Positions 26,158 through 33,173 of a stretch of 33,173 nt of DNA are shown here, piece after piece. Origin of the DNA: a virus (taxonomy: Duplodnaviria; Caudoviricetes); IMG/VR virus record IMGVR_UViG_3300048575_000381, positions 1 to 33,173 of that record; one strand, given 5' to 3'. The notes under the pieces are model-generated. The model saw only the letters and a list, made by a program, of their open reading frames with translations. It searched no databases and was not told where the DNA came from. A program made the position numbers and the translations under genes. Position 1 is the first letter of the stretch. Every line of letters starts with the position of its first letter.

Positions 26158-26718
26158 TGCTGAGTTCTTATTATCAAATTTAGGATGTGACAGTCTCCAC
26201 ATGCCCCATATCCCAGCGGGGACTAGAAGTGTGGCACTCGCCATACCTGGGAAGTATCCAAACTCACTGCCAGCTAAAAACGGAAAAACAAAGTGGGCTA
26301 ATTCTACTACGCCAAACGAAGTAAAGTAGGTCCAGGCGAGATAGTAACCTACTGGATGCTCTCGCTTGACGAGGGTGGGAATGAGAAGCCACGAGCCAAG
26401 AGGTAAGATCAAAAGCCCAACTATCAAAACTGGCGTTACTGGCGGAACTGGAATACCAGTAATTTTTTCTCCCAGAACCTCGAAGAACTTCATGCGGTTT
26501 TCCTCAACCTTGTGCAGAAAAAGATAAATCGCAAAAGCTATCCAATAGGGAGTTCGGATCCACAGCCACGATACTTTTGTCGGAACGAGTAGCCACAATA
26601 AAAATCCACCGAGGTAGCCTACCAAAAATAGAGATGCGACTAAAGCACCTACATAGAAGTATCCGATCGCAGGCACTAACAACGAAAAAGCAAGCAGTGC
26701 AAATTTAGAGAACATCAT
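26137..26718 (-). CDS. HXXEE-domain membrane protein
   Basis: About 6 hydrophobic helices, LHKVEE motif, ELAHF, YFPG. Confidence 0.75.
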   Translation of the reverse strand: MMFSKFALLAFSLLVPAIGYFYVGALVASLFLVGYLGGFLLWLLVPTKVSWLWIRTPYWIAFAIYLFLHKVEENRMKFFEVLGEKITGIPVPPVTPVLIVGLLILPLGSWLLIPTLVKREHPVGYYLAWTYFTSFGVVELAHFVFPFLAGSEFGYFPGMASATLLVPAGIWGMWRLSHPKFDNKNSASFCRSN

Positions 26719-27331
26719 TCGCCTCGGCAGTTTCGATTGGAAAAACCTTGGGTACAATTCTCGTTTTTATTTTTTTAAAACCAGAAGCATCAAAATGTGG
26801 ACACCAAAATGATCCGCGGCGAACGCCTGCGGCGTGAACTCTATCCTTCGGTGCTGCGATCTCGTCGCGAACTAACTCCTGCGTGAAGCCCTGGAGCATT
26901 CGGCAAGGCACTAGGTATTGCTCAACGCCTTTTCCAATTTGGTAAAACGCCAAGTCACGATAGACGAAATGGCAGTGGGCACTCTTGTCGATGCTTTCCA
27001 GGCTATTCAGGTAGCACTTGAGCACTTCCACTACGTTGTAGTTACGCTCAAGCAAACGGCCCTGGGCAAAGAGCTTCGTACCTTTCCAGTTCTTCACGGC
27101 TTCCGCGACCATCACGGCGTAGGAGGCTTGCGCCTTATCCAATCCAAAGACAGCGGCATGAAAGAGTTTTTCCCCAAGAAGAATTTCGCCATACGACGCA
27201 GCTTTTTGAGCGATGGCGACAGTTTCCCTATAAGCTTTAGAAGCCGATTTCGGGAACGCAATCCCGATTAGGTTTCCCGAGGAAGCCGTCTGTTGCTCGG
27301 AAAGACTGGTAAGGCGAATGGGCGAATTCAT
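26705..27331 (-). CDS. Hypothetical Cys/His-containing protein co-transcribed with repressor
   Basis: ATGA overlap with repressor; CY, AHC, PCR, WCP motifs. Confidence 0.75.
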   Translation of the reverse strand: MNSPIRLTSLSEQQTASSGNLIGIAFPKSASKAYRETVAIAQKAASYGEILLGEKLFHAAVFGLDKAQASYAVMVAEAVKNWKGTKLFAQGRLLERNYNVVEVLKCYLNSLESIDKSAHCHFVYRDLAFYQIGKGVEQYLVPCRMLQGFTQELVRDEIAAPKDRVHAAGVRRGSFWCPHFDASGFKKIKTRIVPKVFPIETAEANDVL

Positions 27332-27969
27332 CCCTTATCGCCCTTTTCTAGTTTGAGAAGCTCGGTCAAAACCTTGCGGGTTTGCTTCGCTTGCTTCCCA
27401 CCTTCGGAGAGCAGTCCGACTACGAGTTCGCGCAAGAACTCCGTCCGCAAAGTTTCCTTTGGAGCGTCATCATCAATTAAACGATAAAAATTTGCGGTCA
27501 GGTTGGCGTGCAAAAACTCGTTTACGAAACTTGTGAATTTGTCCCGTGGCGCAGCTTTGACTGTGGTGGAAACGGATTCGTCGTCGCCCCTGAGTTTTGC
27601 GAGTACAGGACCGAGCTGCCCCTGAATCTTCTTTAAAAGTTCCGCATTCTCTGCGCCGGCTTCTTGAATGGCGGCGCGAACATCCTCCGGCAAATTCGAT
27701 TCAACCAACGGCTTTGGCAAAGGAGCTTCATTGTCGAAAAGGGTTGCCACGGGCACTCTTGTTGCCGCCTCAATACGCGCAAGGGTCTCAAAGGTGGGGT
27801 TCGTTTTTCCGGCCAAAAGACGCCCCGCCATTACCTGGGAAAGCCCCAAGCGACGACCAAACTCTGTTTGGTTCCAACGCAGCTTACTCACTACGGCCGT
27901 AAGTCTTTCGGAAAAAATCGCCGCGTAGTCCTTGATGGTTTTGTCTTTTTTTTCCGTGTTTTTGCCCAT
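27328..27969 (-). CDS. CI-like XRE-family repressor
   Basis: WNQTEFGRRLGLSQ..LAGKTNPTFETLARI HTH; divergent from cro-like gene; no S24 peptidase motifs seen. Confidence 0.85.
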   Translation of the reverse strand: MGKNTEKKDKTIKDYAAIFSERLTAVVSKLRWNQTEFGRRLGLSQVMAGRLLAGKTNPTFETLARIEAATRVPVATLFDNEAPLPKPLVESNLPEDVRAAIQEAGAENAELLKKIQGQLGPVLAKLRGDDESVSTTVKAAPRDKFTSFVNEFLHANLTANFYRLIDDDAPKETLRTEFLRELVVGLLSEGGKQAKQTRKVLTELLKLEKGDKG

Positions 27970-27991
27970 TTACCCTCTATAACTATTGGTA

Positions 27992-28019
27992 TTGACTTTT
28001 TAAAACTAATGCGTATATT
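27992..28019 (+). promoter_or_regulatory. Rightward early promoter (PR-like)
   Basis: TTGACT-16 bp-TATATT, ending 7 nt before ATG 28027. Confidence 0.6.
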
Positions 28020-28026
28020 GGTGTTT

Positions 28027-28245
28027 ATGAACGGCACCACTACACACATTCAAACCGGAGCAGCCCTTAGAGACGGGGTGCTGAGCCTGGGCCTCACGTT
28101 TACGGAGTTCTCCAAGCAGTCCAAGCTCAGCCTCACTTCTCTAAGGAAAATTTTTGACGACTCTCACGTGCGAGAATCCACGCGAAACAAAGCATGGGTA
28201 GCCTTCCGCCGTCTAAAAAGGCGGGAGGAAGCTTCCACCGCGTAA
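28027..28245 (+). CDS. Cro-like small HTH protein
   Basis: 72 aa basic; LGLTFTEFSKQSKLSLTSLRKI HTH; divergent from repressor. Confidence 0.7.
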   Translation: MNGTTTHIQTGAALRDGVLSLGLTFTEFSKQSKLSLTSLRKIFDDSHVRESTRNKAWVAFRRLKRREEASTA

Positions 28246-28259
28246 GAGCTATCAGGTCA

Positions 28260-28290
28260 AATTTATAATTATTAGTTTTAGCCGTCAATA
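28260..28290 (-). promoter_or_regulatory. Candidate leftward promoter/operator downstream of cro-like gene
   Basis: Minus strand TATTGACggcTAAAACTAATaattaTAAATT; mirrors 27990-28010. Confidence 0.5.
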
Positions 28291-28356
28291 CGCGAGTGCC
28301 CCTGAACACAGGGGGTAGATGGATTTTTGCGTCCTGATGGCGACGAAGAGGAACCT

Positions 28357-28575
28357 ATGACGAAGTTGAGCAACAAATACCCTAAGCCCGCAATGACCTA
28401 CCCAATGGTCATCGCCTGGATCGCGGACAACGACGAGCCGTTGGATTTCAAGCCGTCCTCCGTTTGTAGATACATTTCGGTTTTGCTTGCTGCCGACATT
28501 TTCGGGGTCTCTCCACGAAAAATCTCAAAGGACATTGTTCAGCGCCGCGTTCAGCGATGGAGAAAACGGCTATGA
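28357..28575 (+). CDS. Hypothetical phage protein
   Basis: GAGG SD before ATG 28357; WIADND..AADIFG; ATGA overlap with next gene. Confidence 0.65.
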   Translation: MTKLSNKYPKPAMTYPMVIAWIADNDEPLDFKPSSVCRYISVLLAADIFGVSPRKISKDIVQRRVQRWRKRL

Positions 28576-28985
28576 ACGTAAGTTGTGATTACTGCGGCAA
28601 ACCCGCACGCCTCGTTTCTGGTTCCTTGATCTATCCCCATCGCCAGGATCTAAGGCACCTTCGCTTCTGGCACTGTGAACCTTGCAGCGCTTACGTCGGC
28701 TGTCACAAGAACAGCGCCCGCCATGTCCCCCTCGGACGTCTCGCTAATGAAGAACTCCGCACATGGAAACAACTAGCACACTCCAACTTTGATCCGCTGT
28801 GGAAGTCAGGGCGAATGAAACGCCGGGACGCTTACGCGTGGCTCGCGGAACAAATGAATTTGGATTTCAAAAGTTGCCATATCGGCATGTTCAACGTCGA
28901 GCAATGTAAAGACGTTGTTCGCATCACAAAGAACCGCGAAAGCGGAAAGGAGTTGTCCCATGAAAATCGAACTCGGTCGTTTTGA
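28572..28985 (+). CDS. Zinc-finger protein, DUF3268-like
   Basis: CDYCG, CEPCSAYVGCH, PLGRLAN, FDPLWK, AYAWLA, CHIGMF. Confidence 0.88.
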   Translation: MNVSCDYCGKPARLVSGSLIYPHRQDLRHLRFWHCEPCSAYVGCHKNSARHVPLGRLANEELRTWKQLAHSNFDPLWKSGRMKRRDAYAWLAEQMNLDFKSCHIGMFNVEQCKDVVRITKNRESGKELSHENRTRSF

Positions 28986-29802
28986 GGGTATTCCCTCGGA
29001 GACCTACCACAATGAAATGAACTACGCGTATTCACGCTCGGATGTTGATGCTGTTTCGACAAGCCCATCAAATCTGATCCTGAAGCGAAAAGGCCCGAAG
29101 GTGGAGTCTGATGCTCTTCTGTTCGGCAAAGCGTTTCACGCGCGCATGGAATTTCACGATGCCCAGAACGAATATCTCAAGCTCGTTGCCGTTCCGCCCA
29201 GCGATGACAGACGAACAGTCGCAGGCAAAGCAGCTCACGCCAAATTTGAGGAAGAAAGCAAAGACAAGTTAATCCTCGACCCTAAAGAGTGGGACGTCTT
29301 GGAAAATATGCTTTTAGCCGTGAAAGCTCACCCCGATGCAAATGCGCTTTTGCAGGCACGCGGAAAGGTCGAAGAAACCTTTGTATGGCGCGACCCTGAT
29401 ACGGGCGTCATTTGCAAATGCCGCCCCGACAAGCGCTTACTCGAAGCCCCTCCCGGATTGCCAGAGCACCTTATTATTGATTGGAAAACCACGCGCGGTT
29501 GCGATCCCTACGAACTAAAAAAGTCAGTAGCGGAATTTCGCTATCACGTTCAAGCGGCGTTCTACCTCGACGGCATCCGTACAGTGCTGGGTCATGACGT
29601 CGGACCTTTCGTGAATGTGTTCATCGAAAAAGGTTACGGCTTCAACGTGGTTCTCGGCGTCTTGACGGACGACGCGATCGAGGAAGGTCGCCGAATTTAC
29701 AAGGCGAATCTTCAGAGAATCGCCGAGTGCGAGAAAACCGGCATCTGGCCTGGGTTTGTTGACCTAAGCCTTCCGAATTGGGCAGCAGCGTCCGCTTTTT
29801 AA
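28960..29802 (+). CDS. RecE/exonuclease VIII-like PD-(D/E)XK nuclease (DUF3799-like)
   Basis: AAGGAG SD; FGKAFH, CKCRPD, IIDWKTT, YHVQAAFY. Confidence 0.88.
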   Translation: MKIELGRFEGIPSETYHNEMNYAYSRSDVDAVSTSPSNLILKRKGPKVESDALLFGKAFHARMEFHDAQNEYLKLVAVPPSDDRRTVAGKAAHAKFEEESKDKLILDPKEWDVLENMLLAVKAHPDANALLQARGKVEETFVWRDPDTGVICKCRPDKRLLEAPPGLPEHLIIDWKTTRGCDPYELKKSVAEFRYHVQAAFYLDGIRTVLGHDVGPFVNVFIEKGYGFNVVLGVLTDDAIEEGRRIYKANLQRIAECEKTGIWPGFVDLSLPNWAAASAF

Positions 29803-29814
29803 GGAGAAAATTTT

Positions 29815-30681
29815 ATGAGTGAAGTAGCAGTAATTCAAACGCGCGAGCTTCTTTCTTCTGGTGACTTGGAGGTATTGAAGAACTCAAAATTCAAGAACTT
29901 TACGCTTCAGGAAATCAACTACGCCAGAAGTGTTTGTTCGCATCTTCGCTTGAATCCGATTCTGAATCAGATCCATTTCGTGAAACGGAAAAATACGGAT
30001 GGAACTTATAGTGTCACTCCTCAAGTTGGAATTGATGGATTCCGACTTGAGGCCGAGAGAACCGGAAAATACGCTGGAAGCGACGAAGCCGTTTTTGAGT
30101 ATAACGTCGGCGATGCTCAAAAGAAGCGTCCCGCAAAGGCGACCGTCACCGTCTACAAGATGGTGCATGGAGTTCGTGTGCCGTTCACGGCATCTGCACG
30201 GTGGGATGAATATTATCCCGGCGATAGTTCAAAAGAAGCGTGGATGTGGCGGAAAATGCCACACGGACAACTCGCAAAGTGCGCTGAAGCTCTTGCTCTC
30301 CGCAAAGCGTTTCCAGCCGAGCTTTCTGCACTAAGAACTGACGAAGAAATGGCCCAGGCCGCACGCGAAACAACGCCATCAAAGGCGAATAGTTTGAACG
30401 CGCGGACAGCGCCGAAAGCTTCAGATTCCGAGGTTCAGGACGCAGAGTTTACCGACGTGCCACCGGAGCCAGCCCCTCCAAAGGAAGACCTCGGCGAATA
30501 TGTTTGTCAGGTTGGAAAGAAATTTAAGGGGAAAAAGCTGAAGGATATTTCCATGGAAGAGCTCTCGTCTTTTGTCTCTTGGATTCGTGAGCAAGATGAC
30601 GCGAGTGAAGCACTTACTGCATTTGCTGAAAAGGCAGAGGCATTTCTGGCGAATGGAACTGACGTGACGGAGCCGGAATGA
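29815..30681 (+). CDS. bet: Single-strand annealing protein (Bet/RecT family)
   Basis: LNP..QIHFVKR, VGIDGFR..A.RTG.YAG, W.KMP..QLAKCAEALALRKAFP. Confidence 0.9.
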   Translation: MSEVAVIQTRELLSSGDLEVLKNSKFKNFTLQEINYARSVCSHLRLNPILNQIHFVKRKNTDGTYSVTPQVGIDGFRLEAERTGKYAGSDEAVFEYNVGDAQKKRPAKATVTVYKMVHGVRVPFTASARWDEYYPGDSSKEAWMWRKMPHGQLAKCAEALALRKAFPAELSALRTDEEMAQAARETTPSKANSLNARTAPKASDSEVQDAEFTDVPPEPAPPKEDLGEYVCQVGKKFKGKKLKDISMEELSSFVSWIREQDDASEALTAFAEKAEAFLANGTDVTEPE

Positions 30682-30977
30682 GTAGCAAGGAGATCGCGCG
30701 AAAAAACGATCTAATGCGCTCCACTTTCATCGGTTGCCGATTGGTGATGACGAAAGCGGTAAGCGAAGCCCCTAACAAGGACGACGTACTTTCGGCGGTA
30801 AGGAATTTCAAAGATTTCACGCGGGACAATAACCCGCATGGTGAAAACGACTTCGCTTTTTTTGAAGTTGATGGAGAACGCTATTTTTTTAAATTCGATT
30901 ACTACGACGACGATTACCAATACTTCAAGGAAGACGGAAATCGCGTACTGATGATCGGATTTGCGAACGAGTATTGA
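30678..30977 (+). CDS. DUF3768-like protein
   Basis: IARKNDLMR, DNNPHGENDF, FFKFDYYD, RVLMI..ANEY. Confidence 0.85.
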   Translation: MSSKEIARKNDLMRSTFIGCRLVMTKAVSEAPNKDDVLSAVRNFKDFTRDNNPHGENDFAFFEVDGERYFFKFDYYDDDYQYFKEDGNRVLMIGFANEY

Positions 30978-31136
30978 AAAGTTTTGGAGCCGCATGTGTG
31001 GCTGCCATACGAGTGCCCGGATTTTTCTGGAAGCTCACCCGAATGAAAGTCGGGAGACGAGCGACGATAAGCATTGAGCCATCGTCCAGGTGTCGCGTTT
31101 TGCGCGCGAAACCTGTGAAGGAAAAAGAGGTCTCGT

Positions 31137-31295
31137 GTGGACGAGGTAACACTGACTCCCGAGGAGTTTGATGAACTGGTTGAGGTTTTTACGATCTTAC
31201 GAAGATGGCGCGACCAAAGGAACGCGCGCCTCATGGAAACCGAGCCAGACGAAACATTAGAAACAGAAAGGACGGCGCATGCGCTTGAACATTGA
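31137..31295 (+). CDS. Small 52-aa hypothetical protein (not in ORF track)
   Basis: GAGG SD plus GTG; MDEVTLTPEEFDELVEVFTILRRWRDQR.. amphipathic helix; overlaps next start. Confidence 0.6.
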   Translation: MDEVTLTPEEFDELVEVFTILRRWRDQRNARLMETEPDETLETERTAHALEH

Positions 31296-31554
31296 TCTTC
31301 CCCAAGAGTTCGTTGAACTATGCAAGTACGACAACGTGAACCCAAAGACAGTTTTGCGCGGATTTATTGCCGATCTTGCTGAAATTCAAAATTGGAAATT
31401 TCCCGCTCCTGCCCAGGGGCGAATGCCTCGACCGAATGACGGTTATCAAAGCAACGGCAGCGATGAGCGACGACTCGCGCGCGAATACTATGAGCGCGTG
31501 GGCTACCCATACACCCGAGAATCTAGGCAACCCGGAAACCGAGGGGGCCGATGA
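31279..31554 (+). CDS. Hypothetical phage protein
   Basis: AAGGA SD; LPQEF..LC..VLRGFIADL..SNGSDER..A..YYERVGY. Confidence 0.75.
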   Translation: MRLNIDLPQEFVELCKYDNVNPKTVLRGFIADLAEIQNWKFPAPAQGRMPRPNDGYQSNGSDERRLAREYYERVGYPYTRESRQPGNRGGR

Positions 31555-33173
31555 TGTACGATCAAGAAAAGTGGATAGGCAATGACCGACGCGGGCTCGC
31601 ACTCATAAGACGGAGCTGGTACGGACAAGAAGACAATTCCTCCGCGTTAGTGCAAGAAAAAGAAATCAAAAAATATTGCGAAGAAATCGGAATCGACGTC
31701 GTAAAAATAGAAAATATCATTGAGTCCGCAAAGGATTCTGATTTCCGAAAAAAATTCCACGGCGCAATTAAGTGGGCTTTGAAAAACAAAGTTCGCCACC
31801 TTCTCTATTACATGACCGACCGTGAGGTCAGGAATTTCACAGACCTTGAAAAGATGGAGAAGTTGATCCGAAGCGATCAGATCGTCGTTCACTACGTTCG
31901 AGACAGAAGGCAGCTTCACAAATGGAGCGCTCCATCCGACTTTAGCACACGAGAAATCGAAGCGTGGCGAGACAAGCAGCTTAGTCGAACTATCAGCGTG
32001 AAAGTCAACGACGCCATGAGGGACAAGGCTGAGCGTGGATGGTTCCCTAGTAACCACGTTCCGCTGGGATATGCTCTCAGAAAATTGCTCGATGAGGATG
32101 GTAAGGAGCGCAAGCGTGGCGCGATCGTCGTGCCTGATCCTGATAAGAAAAAAGTCATTCAAGCGCAATTGGAGTTCGACTACAGAGCGAAGGGCTTTTC
32201 TTACGAGGACATTCGCCAAAAAATATTGGACCACGCTCCGAGGCTAATCGAGCCGGAGGATGCAAAGCACTACCACGTTTCCGCAATTGAAAGACGGATC
32301 AAAAACCCTTTCTACGGTGGAACCTTTCACTGGCAGGGGGTGGAATACAAAGGCAAGCACGAACTGATTATCCCCCGAAAAACTCACTTAGCGGCTATCG
32401 CAACTTTGCGCGGAATCAAGAACGTGCGGCGCGAATACACTCCCGAAAATGGACACTTTGGCGGGGGTTGGATGAGGTGCGCCGAGTGCGGATGCCAGAT
32501 TATTTATGAACCGAAAAAGAAGGTCACGCGCGCCGGTAAAGTGACCCACTTTCACTATTACCACTGCACCAATCGCAAGAAGTTCCATCCGACCATGCGA
32601 GGCTTGAACCTTTCAGAAGCGCAGCTCTGGGAGCAATTGGAGCGCGTTATCGAGGCGATAAATATTACGCCCAAACTTGCGAAGCAGATCGCGGAGGAGT
32701 TGAACACTTCGCATAAGAAAGTTGTTTCGAGTGGCGCGCGGAAAATCGCAGACCTCAAAGACCGAATTAAGGCGCTCGAAATGAGCGAGGACAAGGCTTA
32801 CGAAAACATGACCGCAGGTGTGCTTGATGCAGAAGGTTTCAAGCGCCAGGTGGCGCGTTTTCGGGAGGAAAGAAAAACGCTGACGAACCAGATTTACAGC
32901 GTGGAGGACCAAATGAAGGGCTCTTATCGAGAAACTGCACTATCTACGTTAGAACTATGTAAGGACGCGAAATCGCTCTACTTCTCCCAGAGTACCGAAG
33001 AACGGGCGAATTTCGTAAAAAGGCTATGTCAGAACCCAGTGATGGAAGGAGTAAGTGTGCGATACGAAATAAAAAAACCATTTTCAACATTGTCGAAAAT
33101 GGCTTCTTTAATAAATTGGCGTCCCCAAGGGGATTTGAACCCCTGTATCTACCGTGAAAGGGTAGTGTCCTAG
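31551..33173 (+). CDS. Large serine recombinase (integrase)
   Basis: Catalytic IRRS..Q, ESAK, DREVRN; PLGY, NPFYGG, GKHELII recombinase domain; CAECG..YYHC zinc ribbon; coiled coil. Confidence 0.93.
   Translation: MMYDQEKWIGNDRRGLALIRRSWYGQEDNSSALVQEKEIKKYCEEIGIDVVKIENIIESAKDSDFRKKFHGAIKWALKNKVRHLLYYMTDREVRNFTDLEKMEKLIRSDQIVVHYVRDRRQLHKWSAPSDFSTREIEAWRDKQLSRTISVKVNDAMRDKAERGWFPSNHVPLGYALRKLLDEDGKERKRGAIVVPDPDKKKVIQAQLEFDYRAKGFSYEDIRQKILDHAPRLIEPEDAKHYHVSAIERRIKNPFYGGTFHWQGVEYKGKHELIIPRKTHLAAIATLRGIKNVRREYTPENGHFGGGWMRCAECGCQIIYEPKKKVTRAGKVTHFHYYHCTNRKKFHPTMRGLNLSEAQLWEQLERVIEAINITPKLAKQIAEELNTSHKKVVSSGARKIADLKDRIKALEMSEDKAYENMTAGVLDAEGFKRQVARFREERKTLTNQIYSVEDQMKGSYRETALSTLELCKDAKSLYFSQSTEERANFVKRLCQNPVMEGVSVRYEIKKPFSTLSKMASLINWRPQGDLNPCIYRERVVS
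33068..33102 (-). terminator. Rho-independent terminator for the tRNA transcript, inside integrase ORF
   Basis: Minus strand ccattttcgac-aat-gttgaaaatgg followed by T7, 14 nt after tRNA CCA. Confidence 0.75.
33117..33173 (-). tRNA. tRNA-Glu(TTC), 3' 57 nt (5' end outside window); probable att site
   Basis: Reverse complement ctaggaca-ctacc-ctTTCac-ggtag-atac-agggg-ttcaaat-cccct-tggggac-g-cca. Confidence 0.92.

Larger units (their letters stand above)
1..33173. mobile_element. Prophage (contractile-tailed temperate phage), right portion ending at tRNA-Glu att site
   Basis: Ordered head-neck-tail-baseplate-lysis operon, cI/cro switch, recombination genes, and an integrase abutting a tRNA 3' end. 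Confidence 0.95.

Noticed and set aside
28299-28314. Hairpin cccctg-aaca-cagggg as terminator after cro
   Set aside because: Only 6 bp with no adjacent U-tract
30974-31171. 65-aa ORF with faint CsrA-like segment (ISIEPSSRCRVLRAK)
   Set aside because: Lacks the CsrA N-terminal MLxLxRKxGE motif and an SD; too weak without an HMM search

Overview
The window is the right-hand ~33 kb of an integrated temperate myovirus-type prophage. It starts inside the portal gene and ends inside a host tRNA-Glu(TTC) gene, the probable att site. The + strand late region (1-22403) runs portal, head morphogenesis, protease/scaffold, decoration, major capsid, neck, sheath, tube, frameshifted tail chaperone, tape measure, baseplate, tail fibre, an RCC1-repeat adhesin, a glycosyltransferase plus methyltransferase cassette, and a lysis cassette with a lipoprotein spanin (implying a diderm host). 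An accessory zone (22411-27331) holds two gene remnants fused back to back, an ASCH-like gene, a 10-bp repeat array, an HTH / receiver / pseudo-receiver / MORN operon, and two cargo genes behind the repressor. A cI/cro-type switch, a RecE/RecT-type module and a large serine recombinase follow; the last 18 codons of the recombinase are the antisense strand of the tRNA. The most notable unexplained signals are: (i) a three-copy intergenic palindrome TTCGACAYGTCGAA, 62-69 nt before late-module start codons, which brackets the GT/MTase cassette and has a near-copy beside att; and (ii) a phage-borne receiver/pseudo-receiver pair with no kinase in the window. No terminase or replication genes are in the window. 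All family assignments come from motif recognition and synteny by eye; no database searches were run.
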